The notes: generated from the sequence alone by a model not told the origin. A DNA stretch of 64,000 nt from Acutalibacteraceae bacterium (GCA_045642065.1 JAZUID010000013.1:292-64291); one strand, 5' to 3'; shown: positions 1-9,057, counted from the stretch's first letter. Made by a program: numbers and translations.

Positions 1-1
1 G

Positions 2-787
2 ACTTCTGCTCCTGCCGCTCCTGCAACAATAACCCCCGAAAAGCAGCAGGACGGCACCTATCAGTTCAAAATGCCCGCCGCAAACGTCACCGTCACGGCG
101 GAGTTTGAAGAAGTACCTGTCCATACCCATTCATTCACTTACACAGCTAACAATGGCAAGCTTACTGCAACCTGCACAGCGGGCTGTGATAAGGGGTATG
201 ACACGACTCCTCTCACTTTAACGCTGACCGCTCCGACAAGTCTTGTCTATGACGGAAATGCCAAAGCATTCATCTTTGCAGACGGCGAAGCGACCGCATG
301 GACGGGTGCAGGACTGGAACTTCCGACAATAATCTATTATGTGAAACAAAGCGGACAGTCTACATATATGCCACTGCTCGGTACTCTTAAATCTGTAGGC
401 AACTATATGGCGGAAATCACTGTGAATGAAAAAACCGCACAAGCGTATTTCAGCATTGAATCTCCCCACACCCACAATCCCGTTAAGGTCAACGGTCAGG
501 CGGCAACCGAAACGGCTTCCGGCTGGAAGGATTATTACAAGTGTGATTGCGGTGCATTGTTTGCGGATGAGAACGGAACTACGCCGATTGAAAATCTTGA
601 GGCTTGGAAAGCACAGGGCGGAAACGGATATATTGCAAAACTTGAAAAGCAGACAGACCCGACCGATCCGAAATCTCCGCAGACCGGAGACACAAGCAAT
701 ATGACTCTTTGGGTGATGCTGCTTGCACTTTCCTCTACGGGACTTTGTGCTTGCCTTGTTCTCGGCAAAAAGAGGAATAAGTGTTAA
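2..787 (+). CDS. Cell-wall-anchored surface protein, C-terminal part (5' end lies outside the window)
   Basis: The reading frame is open from the window edge. The C-terminus has SPQTGD, a hydrophobic stretch (MTLWVMLLALSSTGLCACLVLG) and a basic tail (KKRNKC), which is a sortase sorting signal of the (S/P)PxTG type. Confidence 0.7.
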   Translation, partial: TSAPAAPATITPEKQQDGTYQFKMPAANVTVTAEFEEVPVHTHSFTYTANNGKLTATCTAGCDKGYDTTPLTLTLTAPTSLVYDGNAKAFIFADGEATAWTGAGLELPTIIYYVKQSGQSTYMPLLGTLKSVGNYMAEITVNEKTAQAYFSIESPHTHNPVKVNGQAATETASGWKDYYKCDCGALFADENGTTPIENLEAWKAQGGNGYIAKLEKQTDPTDPKSPQTGDTSNMTLWVMLLALSSTGLCACLVLGKKRNKC

Positions 788-1245
788 GTGTTAAGTGTTA
801 AGTAAATCTTAAAACTTAAAACTTTTCAAAATATTTAATCGAAAACAGCGGCAAGGAGAAATCCCTGCCGCTGTTCGCATATCTATTCTATCTGCAATAA
901 TGGCAAGTCCATGCTTTGACCTCTTCGCCGCAGTTCACTTCAAAAATACGACTGCCTTTTTCAATTTCTTTAATTTTTCCTTACTGCCCGTTGCCTTTTT
1001 TGCAACACATTTGATGTTACTTCTTTATATAACAAAATTTATTGCAAATGTAAATAAAAGGTACAAAAACTATAGGGAATTTAAGAAGCGGTCAAAATAC
1101 AGTATCAAAAAATGAAAGCACCCGATTAAGACAAAACCGCCTTAAATCGGGTGCTGAATTTATACAAAGGGAAAAATCTGTGTTATAAACAATTAAAGTT
1201 AACATAATACCGCTTTAACCCTGTCGGTAAAGCTTAAAGGGTTTA

Positions 1246-1464
1246 TCAAAAATCGTCAAAGCCGTCATTATCAAAACTATCTTCAAAATCAGAATCGCCA
1301 TCAAAGCTATCGTCAAAATCGGAATCATCATCTTTATTATCGCACATAATTCTTTGAAAATCATCTTCCTCGTTTAAGTATTCTTCCAAATCAACACGGC
1401 CGTCGCCGTTTAAATCACCGAGCCCGCCTGTTAAGAAGCCGTAATCTTCATCATCAATAAACAT
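1246..1464 (-). CDS. Small, extremely acidic protein (72 aa) with one EF-hand/dockerin-like Ca2+-binding loop
   Basis: DLNGDGRVDLEE matches the 12-residue EF-hand loop pattern (D-x-N-x-D-G-x-V-D-x-x-E). The C-terminal half is almost entirely D/E/S/F (DDDSDFDDSFDGDSDFEDSFDNDGFDDF). A GGAGG RBS lies upstream. Confidence 0.5.
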   Translation of the reverse strand: MFIDDEDYGFLTGGLGDLNGDGRVDLEEYLNEEDDFQRIMCDNKDDDSDFDDSFDGDSDFEDSFDNDGFDDF

Positions 1465-1630
1465 AAAAAAACCTCCAAATAATTTTTGCGGTGCTTAACC
1501 GCTTTTTTGTTTGAAACTATTATAACACAGTTTACTGTCCTAAAATACGGACTTTAAAATCTCAAACAAGAAAAATTAAAAAAGTGCGCACAAACTTTTT
1601 ATACAGACTTTGTTTAGCTTTGAGAGAGCT

Positions 1631-2389
1631 CTATTTTATTTTGAAAGCGGTAGGGGATTTTCCTGTCTGCTTTTTAATGACCTTGCTAAAATATTTTTGA
1701 TTATCAAAGCCACTTTTTTCGGCAACCTCCTCAACAGAAAAGTATCCGGATTTTAACAATTCCACAGCATAAGAAACCCGCAAATTGATAATGTATTTAA
1801 GAGGTGTGGTGCCGAAAGACGAAACAAATATTTTTCTAAAATATGTATCACTCATTCCAAAAAAGGCGGAAAGCTTTGCGACAGTTAAATTTTGTTCGTT
1901 AAAATGGTCGTGTATATATTCCTTTGCGTCATTTACAACATTGCTTTTGAAATCAATTTTGTTTTGCATTTTTTGTTTATAAAGCCGTGAAAGAATTTTA
2001 TAAAATATTGAAGTGCACTCGTATTCATAGCCGAATTGTTTTTTTGACCACAAATCATACAGTGTCAGAAATTTATCATTCAGGTATTGCAAATCCATCG
2101 GTGTAATCAAATCAATTTCTTTTTCAGGTGCATTTTCCATATCAAAATGTACGACAATCAGTTTTTCATTTTCGGCACAAAGGTGATAATCATAATCCTT
2201 CGGAACGAAAACAACATCGCCGCCTTTAGCATATGTTTTTGTGCTTTTGTGAGAAAACGTCGCGTTCCCTTCAATGCGGTAAGAAAGCGCATTAAAAGGG
2301 CGTTTTGAGGCATATTTATCGCATTTTTCCCAGCCAAGAGAAAGAACCGATATAATGTTAACTTTTATATCATTCCGTTCAAAAAACAT
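1631..2389 (-). CDS. AraC-family transcriptional regulator (cupin-like N-domain + HTH)
   Basis: The C-terminal double HTH is typical of AraC/XylS (DTYFRKIFVSSFGTTPLKYIINLRVSYAVELL...SGFDNQKYFSKVIKKQTGKSPTAF). The gene is divergent from the sugar operon starting at 2539. Confidence 0.85.
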   Translation of the reverse strand: MFFERNDIKVNIISVLSLGWEKCDKYASKRPFNALSYRIEGNATFSHKSTKTYAKGGDVVFVPKDYDYHLCAENEKLIVVHFDMENAPEKEIDLITPMDLQYLNDKFLTLYDLWSKKQFGYEYECTSIFYKILSRLYKQKMQNKIDFKSNVVNDAKEYIHDHFNEQNLTVAKLSAFFGMSDTYFRKIFVSSFGTTPLKYIINLRVSYAVELLKSGYFSVEEVAEKSGFDNQKYFSKVIKKQTGKSPTAFKIK

Positions 2390-2538
2390 ATACTATCACC
2401 CAAATATAATTATATATTAAACTGCGGTTATGTCAATAAATTTTGTTGGGAAATTTGCACTTTTCAGTTGGAAAATTAGGTTTCAAAAATCGGTCCTTTA
2501 TGATAACATTTGCTTAAGAAATACTTGGAGGGATAATT

Positions 2539-3570
2539 ATGTCAATTAAGCACACGGCGGTCAGTTACTACGGTTTTAACTATGTAGAACACGCAAAGCA
2601 AGATTTTATCGAAATGAAGGAACACGGATGTGATACGGTTATTCTTGCAATTACCGAGTTTGATATGGATTTTTGGTTTCCGAATATCAACAATATTGTT
2701 AAGACGGCGCATGAAGTCGGTCTTCGCGTTTTAGCTGATACTTGGGGTATTGGCAAATACTTTGGCGGAGAGCAGGTATCGCTGTTTTTACAAAATAATA
2801 TTCATCACAGACAGGTTTCTGCATATACGGGCGAAGTATTAAATGCTGCTTGTTTTAATACAAATGCGTTTAGAGATTATTTTAAGGGTATTTGCTTAAA
2901 ACTTGCAAGAGAAACCGAGGTTGACGGATTTTTCTGGGATGAGCCACACTATGCTTATCCTAAATCCTATGCTTCAATCACCGGTGGCGCAGGCGACGAC
3001 TGGTCTTGCAGGTGTCCCGAATGCATGAAGAAATTCTATGATTATTACGGTTACGAAATGCCAAAGTTCATGAATGACGATGTAAAGCAGTTCAGATGGC
3101 GCGAGGCATTATTCACACTTTCCGATACATCAAAGGCGTTAAAGGAATATAACCCCAACCTTGAAATAACCTGTTGTGTTCACGCAACAATGAATACATA
3201 TTATGTAACCGAGCTTCGTGGTTACGATAATTGGGAAATGGTTGCCGCCTGCCCTTATTTTGACGTTTTTTCAACAACTATTATAAATTGGTCGCTCCCC
3301 GAAAGCTTCTTCAAGGATATTACCGAAAGAACGGTTGCTATGGCTAAAAAATACGGTAAACAGAGTGAGCGTTGGCTTATGGGTTATAATAAGCGTCCTG
3401 AGGATATGAATCAGGTGGATAAAGTAGTTGACCTATATGAGTCGATGGGTGTTGACCGACTTGCCACATGGACTTACCGTGGTGGCTACGGCACATCGGT
3501 TGCCGCAAAAGACCCGATAGAGCTTTGGGATAAAATCGGCGAAAATTACAGAAGAGTTTTAAAGAAATGA
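2539..3570 (+). CDS. Uncharacterised cytoplasmic enzyme, possibly (beta/alpha)8 glycosidase-like
   Basis: 343-aa ORF with a GGAGGG RBS and no signal peptide. It has an alternating beta/alpha pattern and a FWDEPH motif. It is the first gene of the operon and overlaps the next gene by 4 nt. I did not recognise its function. Confidence 0.4.
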   Translation: MSIKHTAVSYYGFNYVEHAKQDFIEMKEHGCDTVILAITEFDMDFWFPNINNIVKTAHEVGLRVLADTWGIGKYFGGEQVSLFLQNNIHHRQVSAYTGEVLNAACFNTNAFRDYFKGICLKLARETEVDGFFWDEPHYAYPKSYASITGGAGDDWSCRCPECMKKFYDYYGYEMPKFMNDDVKQFRWREALFTLSDTSKALKEYNPNLEITCCVHATMNTYYVTELRGYDNWEMVAACPYFDVFSTTIINWSLPESFFKDITERTVAMAKKYGKQSERWLMGYNKRPEDMNQVDKVVDLYESMGVDRLATWTYRGGYGTSVAAKDPIELWDKIGENYRRVLKK

Positions 3571-4283
3571 TTTCACAAAAATATTTTGGTGACATTACCA
3601 ATCTTCTCTCTAAAGTATCCACTACTCAAAAAGAGAGTATGGAAAAAGCTTCAAGGGCGGTTGCAAATACCATAAAAAAAGACGGAATTATCTATGTTTT
3701 CGGTTGCGGACATTCACATTTATTGGCGCTCGACTGTTTTTATCGTGCCGGTGGTCTTGCAAATGTTTCAGCCATGCTGGATACTGATTTAATGCTTCAT
3801 AACGGTGCCGCTAAAAGCAGTAGTATGGAAAAAATGTCAGGCATAGCAAAGTGCATTTTTGATAGATACCGCCTTACAAAAAACGATCTCTTGATAGTTA
3901 TTTCAACATCAGGTAAAAATGCTGTTCCGGTTGAAATGGCAAAGGAAGCAAAACTTAACGGAATTCCCAATTTTTCCATTGTGTCTTCAAATTATTTCGG
4001 CACAGGTAAAGAGATGTTATATGAGTACAGTGACTTTTTCATAGATAACTGCGTTCCATTAGGTGATGCAGTAATTGATATTCCGAATTGTGAAGCCAAA
4101 ATGGGAAGTACATCAACGATTATCGGTTCCTTTATTTTGCAAAGTGTGTTGGCACACGGCGCGGAAATTGCAGCAAACGAGGGAGTCAAAGTTCCGATAT
4201 ATAAAAGCGGAAATGTAAAGGGCGGTTCCGAATATAATAAGGCATTGATAGAAAAGTATTATTCCCGTATTAAACATTTATAG
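3567..4283 (+). CDS. SIS (sugar isomerase/phosphosugar-binding) domain protein, short stand-alone type
   Basis: IYVFGCGHSHLLA and LLIVISTSGKNAVP are typical SIS-fold motifs. It is paralogous to 5129..5881. Confidence 0.7.
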   Translation: MISQKYFGDITNLLSKVSTTQKESMEKASRAVANTIKKDGIIYVFGCGHSHLLALDCFYRAGGLANVSAMLDTDLMLHNGAAKSSSMEKMSGIAKCIFDRYRLTKNDLLIVISTSGKNAVPVEMAKEAKLNGIPNFSIVSSNYFGTGKEMLYEYSDFFIDNCVPLGDAVIDIPNCEAKMGSTSTIIGSFILQSVLAHGAEIAANEGVKVPIYKSGNVKGGSEYNKALIEKYYSRIKHL

Positions 4284-4296
4284 TGGAGAAAAGGAT

Positions 4297-5154
4297 ATGG
4301 CAAAGGTTTCTTGTATAGGCATTTGCGGGCAATCAACATTTTTAAGCGTTGACCATTTCCATAAAACCGGTGAAACTATTTTCACAAAAGAAATTTTTGA
4401 GGAGATAGGCGGAAAAGGAATAAATCAAGCAGTGGCTGCTGCACGAATGGATGTTGATGTTTCGTTTTTAGGAGCAATAGGAAACGATCAAAACGGACTT
4501 CTGTGCAAAAAGCTTCTTAAAAAAGAGAATATTAAGGATTGTCTTGTTGTAAAGGAAGGTATCCCGACAACTTTTGCATTTATTTTGGTTGATAAAAAAG
4601 GGGAAAATCAGGTTACAGGTTTTCACGGTGCAGAACTAACACGCCAAGATGTTCTCGATTTTTCCGAAGAAATAAAAACCAGTGATGTATTGTTGCTTCA
4701 ACAGGAAGTACCTTCCGAAGTAAACGAACTTGCAATTTCTATTGCAAATCAAAATAATATTCCCGTTATTTTAAACCCTGCTCCTGAGGGACTTAGTCCT
4801 GATTTTAAGGGCAAACTTTTTGCAGCAACACCTAACGAGCACGAAAGCCGATTTGTTGATTTTAATAAATTTGAGCATACAGCTGTTTCTCTCGGCAAAG
4901 ATGGGTGTCTGCTTGACGGCAAGACAAAAATTCCGGCTTTGAAAGTAACGGCGGTTGATACAACAGGCGCAGGAGATACTTTTAACGGTGTTATGTCAGC
5001 GATGATTGCAAAAAAATCAGATTTTGATAATGCTTGTCGATATGCTGTTGTGGCGTCATCAATGAGTGTTACAAAAAAATATGTAATAGACTCAATTCCA
5101 ACTATTAAAGACATAGAAAGGGTAATGAATGATGAACGACTTTGGATACTATAA
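4297..5154 (+). CDS. PfkB/ribokinase-family sugar kinase
   Basis: GGKGINQAVAAARM (ribokinase GG motif) and DTTGAGDTFNG (PfkB signature 2). Confidence 0.85.
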   Translation: MAKVSCIGICGQSTFLSVDHFHKTGETIFTKEIFEEIGGKGINQAVAAARMDVDVSFLGAIGNDQNGLLCKKLLKKENIKDCLVVKEGIPTTFAFILVDKKGENQVTGFHGAELTRQDVLDFSEEIKTSDVLLLQQEVPSEVNELAISIANQNNIPVILNPAPEGLSPDFKGKLFAATPNEHESRFVDFNKFEHTAVSLGKDGCLLDGKTKIPALKVTAVDTTGAGDTFNGVMSAMIAKKSDFDNACRYAVVASSMSVTKKYVIDSIPTIKDIERVMNDERLWIL

Positions 5155-5881
5155 ATCAATAATTGAAAATCTTGAAATGGTAAACTCAACACAAGAAGAA
5201 AACATAAAAAAAGCGGCGGAACTTATGACCGAAGCTATTGCAAATGACCGCCTTATCAATGTTTACGGCGGTGGCGGACACACTACACTTCCGGTAGGTG
5301 AAATGTTTTTCAGAGCAGGCGGACTTTCCTGCATAAATCCTGTTATGGAAACCGGACTTTCGGTATTTAACCAAGCGCTTAAATATCTGGAACTTGAAAG
5401 AACGGTTAATTTCGGTGCTGCAATAATTAAATATTATGACCTTAAAAAAGACGACGTTTTAATTATTTTTCATAATATCGGTATTAACCCTGCTACAATT
5501 GATGCTTGTATGGAAGCTAAAAAGCGAGGGGTTAAAATTATCGCAATTTCAAGCTCTGCTTGGCAAAACGAGATGCCGGCCGACCACTTTATCAGACATC
5601 CGAACAAGACAAATCTTTTTGATTATGCCGATGTTTGCATTGAAGATTTTAACCCCGTCGGTGATGCTGTTGTAAATGTACCGGGGCTTGAAACTCCAAT
5701 TGCACCTACATCAAATATTGTTGATTTTTACATCGCTCATTTACTTGAAATAGAGTGCGTTAAACAGTGTATTGAAAGAGGAATAACGCCTCCGGTTTGG
5801 TCTAGCGCAAATACACCGGGTGGCGATGAAAAAAATGCTGCATATTTAGAAAAATACAGACCGAGAGTTAAAATGCTTTAA
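5129..5881 (+). CDS. SIS domain protein, second paralogue
   Basis: INVYGGGGHTTLP and LIIFHNIGINPATID follow the same layout as 3567..4283. The start overlaps the end of the kinase gene. Confidence 0.65.
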   Translation: MMNDFGYYKSIIENLEMVNSTQEENIKKAAELMTEAIANDRLINVYGGGGHTTLPVGEMFFRAGGLSCINPVMETGLSVFNQALKYLELERTVNFGAAIIKYYDLKKDDVLIIFHNIGINPATIDACMEAKKRGVKIIAISSSAWQNEMPADHFIRHPNKTNLFDYADVCIEDFNPVGDAVVNVPGLETPIAPTSNIVDFYIAHLLEIECVKQCIERGITPPVWSSANTPGGDEKNAAYLEKYRPRVKML

Positions 5882-5898
5882 TAAAGGGGATTCTGATA

Positions 5899-6591
5899 AT
5901 GAAAAATTTACAGGAAAAATTGGATTTTTTGCTTGAAAAGTACTTCGTTCAAACAAAAGCGATATTAAAAGATTCCTCAACTGTGGTTATTGACTCGATT
6001 GATACACCTATTCTGCCGCACAGAGCCGAAAGAAGGTTTACTGAACTGAAAAATATTGTGCAGGGTGGAACTTTACAGGGAATCAGCGTAATGCGAGTTG
6101 CAAGGATTGTGCCAAATAACAATGATGTTTTTGATGCGCTTTACAGGGAATTTGATTTATGTCAGTATATACTCGGCCGGAAAATAGTGGGCGTTACGGC
6201 AATGCAAAATGATAACACGCTTAATGTAATTGCTACTGCCGAGGGCGGTATTGTATGCACAATAGAAATTTCCGCAACCCTTAAAGTCGGCGATGAGCCG
6301 AAAGATAAACACGAGATTATCTCACAGCGTGGTATTGCCTGCGATATCGCTGTTGATACACAGTTAAAACAAGATTCTCTTTATGTTTTCGGAATTGAGA
6401 ATAAAAAATATACCGATGTTGATTTTGAACTTTACGGTTTGTCTATTGAGGATGCAGCTATTGTTCGCGCGGCATTTTCGGTTGCGCAAAAAGGCAATAG
6501 GGATGAAATGATTTCTATTGACAAGAACTTAAATGGTTTGGTAGAAAAGGCGAAATTATCGGTAAAAACCGGCGAAAGGCAGGCGGTTTAA
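5899..6591 (+). CDS. Hypothetical protein, possibly a Gfo/Idh/MocA C-terminal-domain-like protein without a Rossmann domain
   Basis: 230-aa ORF with a GGGGA RBS. Its stop lies 1 nt before the start of the oxidoreductase gene (TAAAATG). It has no dinucleotide-binding motif. The similarity judgement was made by eye only. Confidence 0.3.
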   Translation: MKNLQEKLDFLLEKYFVQTKAILKDSSTVVIDSIDTPILPHRAERRFTELKNIVQGGTLQGISVMRVARIVPNNNDVFDALYREFDLCQYILGRKIVGVTAMQNDNTLNVIATAEGGIVCTIEISATLKVGDEPKDKHEIISQRGIACDIAVDTQLKQDSLYVFGIENKKYTDVDFELYGLSIEDAAIVRAAFSVAQKGNRDEMISIDKNLNGLVEKAKLSVKTGERQAV

Positions 6592-6592
6592 A

Positions 6593-7669
6593 ATGAAGCC
6601 ATTGAAAATTGCAATGATGAGTATGACTCACGGCCATACAAGAAAATATTATCAGGTTTTAAAAGAAAATCCAAAGCTTGATTGGGTTGCCGTTTCAACG
6701 GCAAATGATGAAGTTAAAAAAGTATTTTTAGATTCAGTTCAAGACATTCCTTGTTATGACAGTGAAATCCAAATGCTTGACGCACATCCTGAAATTGAAG
6801 CTGTTGTACTTGCAAGTGAAAACAGCGATCATTTAAGACAAATGAAGCTTTGTGCAGAGCGTGGCATTCATATCCTTTCAATGAAAATCCCGACATTCGA
6901 TATGGAAGAATATGACAAAATGATTGATATTGTCGAAAAAAACAATCTTGTTTGCCAAGTCGAGCTTGAAATGCATTATAATCCCGTGATTTCAAGAATG
7001 AAAGAACTGGTTAAGAACTGTGAAATAGGAAAAATCAAATCTTTTAATGCTACAAACATCACACTTTCACCTGTTTGGGCTTTTCCGTGGCAGGGAGTTC
7101 CGGAAAAAAGTTACGGCAAGCGTGTGCCTATCAAAAACGGTGACAACCGTTTCAGAGGCGGGGCACTTTGCGACCACCCGCATATATTCGATATGATAAG
7201 ACATATTACAGGCAGTGAATTTGATACAGTTTATGCAGAGGTAGCGCCTAATATCCGTCCGGATATAGAGGAAGAAGATATGCTTTCTGTTATTGGAAAA
7301 ATGAAAGACGGCACAATATTTTCGCTTGACCCGTCATGGTCAAAAATGGAAGAACGCATTAAAGTTCCGGCCCCCGGTTGGGAGGTTTTCCCAAAACGAA
7401 TGGAAGTTAACATCACACTTAACGGAGAAAAAGGAACAATTATGTCGGATTGTTTTGGACCGAATGTTTATCACAACGGTTGTCCTAATGACCGATACAC
7501 CGTTCAGTACACGTATTTTGATGAGTGGGTAGGTCTTATTGACGAGTTTGTGGATAATGTCAGAAACAATAAAACCCCTCTTATTAACTTAAGGTGGCAC
7601 AAAAAAACCATTGAAGCAATGAACGCTGTTTATGAAAGTATTGCAACCGGAAAACCGGTAAAATTGTAA
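6593..7669 (+). CDS. Gfo/Idh/MocA-family oxidoreductase
   Basis: The N-terminal Rossmann-like segment (KIAMMSMTHGH...EAVVLASENSDHLRQMKLCAERGIHILSMKIP) and the length and architecture are typical of the family. Confidence 0.7.
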   Translation: MKPLKIAMMSMTHGHTRKYYQVLKENPKLDWVAVSTANDEVKKVFLDSVQDIPCYDSEIQMLDAHPEIEAVVLASENSDHLRQMKLCAERGIHILSMKIPTFDMEEYDKMIDIVEKNNLVCQVELEMHYNPVISRMKELVKNCEIGKIKSFNATNITLSPVWAFPWQGVPEKSYGKRVPIKNGDNRFRGGALCDHPHIFDMIRHITGSEFDTVYAEVAPNIRPDIEEEDMLSVIGKMKDGTIFSLDPSWSKMEERIKVPAPGWEVFPKRMEVNITLNGEKGTIMSDCFGPNVYHNGCPNDRYTVQYTYFDEWVGLIDEFVDNVRNNKTPLINLRWHKKTIEAMNAVYESIATGKPVKL

Positions 7670-7770
7670 TTTTTTTAACTAAACCGTAAAACCGGATTGG
7701 CTTAAAAGCTTTGTGTTTAATAAGCACTTTAAATTAGCAATTTTAAGCCGATTTAAGATCAGATGAGAAA

Positions 7771-7811
7771 CGCCCGAAAGTCCGCATAAACAGAGGACTT
7801 TCGGGCGTTTT
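7771..7811 (+). terminator. Rho-independent terminator of the sugar operon
   Basis: CGCCCGAAAGTCC-loop-GGACTTTCGGGCG followed by TTTT. Confidence 0.7.
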
Positions 7812-7848
7812 GGCATAAAATAAAACCGTCTTAAAAAAGGCGGTTTTT

Positions 7849-7869
7849 TGGTGGGAGAGGGTGGATTCG
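7849..7869 (-). repeat. 21-nt duplicate of the tRNA-Tyr 3' end (att-like scar)
   Basis: TGGTGGGAGAGGGTGGATTCG is identical to 8003..8023, the 3' acceptor/T-arm of tRNA-Tyr. The upstream part of the tRNA is absent. Confidence 0.8.
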
Positions 7870-8002
7870 CCCTTTCGGGACCGCGGGTTAAAAACAGTCC
7901 ACCGGACTGTTTTTGCCGTCTGCGGACGGCACACCCTGTTCGAATCACATACTCTCAGCCAAAAATAAAAAAGCACCAACCTTACGGTGGTACTCTTTTA
8001 TT

Positions 8003-8087
8003 TGGTGGGAGAGGGTGGATTCGAACCACCGAAGCTGAAAGCAGCAGATTTACAGTCTGTCCCCTTTGGCCACTCGGGAACTCTCCC
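8003..8087 (-). tRNA. tRNA-Tyr (anticodon GTA), CCA encoded
   Basis: The reverse complement GGGAGAGTTCCCGAGTGGCCAAAGGGGACAGACTGTAAATCTG...GGTGGTTCGAATCCACCCTCTCCCACCA folds as a cloverleaf with a long variable arm. The anticodon loop is CTGTAAA. Confidence 0.9.
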
Positions 8088-8100
8088 ATATTTAATTGTC

Positions 8101-8150
8101 GCTTCAAGTCCGAAAAAAGCGGACAAAAAAGCTGGAGCTGGTGGACGGAC
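8101..8150 (-). repeat. 50-nt duplicate of the tRNA-Thr 3' end plus its downstream terminator
   Basis: GCTTCAAGTCCGAAAAAAGCGGACAAAAAAGCTGGAGCTGGTGGACGGAC is identical to 8257..8306. That region covers the last 18 nt of tRNA-Thr plus 32 nt downstream, including the GTCCGC/GCGGAC hairpin. Confidence 0.85.
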
Positions 8151-8288
8151 GCAACCTTTCAAAGAAAGTTTGCCGTGCTTGTGGCATAGCCACTGCACAC
8201 TTCGTGTCTAAAAACATCACACCGTGATGTTTTCTTAACGCCGCTCACCCTCTTAGGCTTCAAGTCCGAAAAAAGCGGACAAAAAAGC

Positions 8289-8364
8289 TGGAGCTGGTGG
8301 ACGGACTTGAACCCCCGACCTGCTGATTACAAATCAGCTGCTCTACCAACTGAGCTACACCAGC
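8289..8364 (-). tRNA. tRNA-Thr (anticodon TGT), CCA encoded
   Basis: The reverse complement is GCTGGTGTAGCTCAGTTGGTAGAGCAGCTGATTTGTAATCAGCAGGTCGGGGGTTCAAGTCCGTCCACCAGCTCCA. A TTGACT-17-TATATT promoter lies just upstream on the minus strand. Confidence 0.9.
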
Positions 8365-8628
8365 ATTTTCAAAGCGCCTAAATAATATACCATATAGAAG
8401 CCTCAAAGTCAAGTGAAAAAATGCAATTTTTTAAAAAAAGCTCAAAACAGTACAATTATATTTAAAAAATAAAAATCGTAAGTGAGTAAAACGGAGAAAA
8501 CGGAAGAAAATGAAAGAAAAACAGAGATAGCAAATTCTAAATTAAAATTTTCAAAAATAAGTGTTGACTTTGTATATTGCTTGTGGTATCATAACAAGGC
8601 TAAATAAATTTGTTGGAGGTTTTGAATT

Positions 8629-9057
8629 ATGTCTACATTTATGGCAAAACCTGCTGAAGTTCAGCGCAAGTGGTATATAATCGACGCTGCTAACCGTCCG
8701 TTAGGTCGTACCGCAACTAAGGTTGCTGATTTACTACGCGGTAAGGGTAAGCCCGAATTTACACCGCACGTTGACTGTGGCGATCATGTTATCGTTATCA
8801 ACGCTGAAAAGGCAGTTTTAACAGGCAAAAAGTTAGAAAACAAGTATTATCGTCGCCATACAGGTTACATCGGCGGTCTTAAGGAAGTTAAATATGACAC
8901 CCTTATGAAAACCCGTCCTGAACTTGCTATGGAACTTGCAGTTAAGGGTATGGTACCTGATACTACAATCGGCAGAAAAGCTTTATTAAGACTTCACATC
9001 TACGCCGGTGCTGAATATGCACAAGTAGCTCAGAAGCCTGAAAAGCTTGACATTTAA
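8629..9057 (+). CDS. rplM: 50S ribosomal protein L13
   Basis: The N-terminus [14 protein letters not shown]...LGR.A..VA.LLRGK is the L13 hallmark. A TTGACT-17-TATCAT promoter lies upstream. Confidence 0.95.
   Translation: MSTFMAKPAEVQRKWYIIDAANRPLGRTATKVADLLRGKGKPEFTPHVDCGDHVIVINAEKAVLTGKKLENKYYRRHTGYIGGLKEVKYDTLMKTRPELAMELAVKGMVPDTTIGRKALLRLHIYAGAEYAQVAQKPEKLDI

Noticed and set aside
781-823. Tandem heptamers (GTGTTAA x3, then CTTAAAA x2) at the end of the surface-protein gene
   Set aside because: These are very short repeats overlapping the stop codon, most simply explained as slippage-type sequence. I could attach no function to them.
900-1115. 71-aa plus-strand ORF in the AT-rich gap after the surface-protein gene
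   Set aside because: The translation is low-complexity and F/N/K-rich, with no RBS. The region looks non-coding, although a short minus-strand frame ending ...VNCGEEVKAWTCHYCR* may be a gene remnant.
7679-8211. Several 66-113-aa ORFs across the tRNA region (for example 7848..8189 and 7987..8211)
   Set aside because: They read through the tRNA-Tyr gene, the tRNA 3'-end repeats and terminator hairpins. The repeated VGEGGF peptide is just the translated tRNA acceptor arm.
8101-8306. Possible CRISPR-like repeat
   Set aside because: There are only two copies. The repeat includes the 3' end of tRNA-Thr and its terminator, and there are no further repeats or cas genes.
7670-8400. Integrated prophage or ICE at the tRNA-Tyr and tRNA-Thr genes
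   Set aside because: The att-like repeats enclose only ~105-130 nt each, and there is no integrase, excisionase or phage gene in the window. I report them only as scars or miniature elements.
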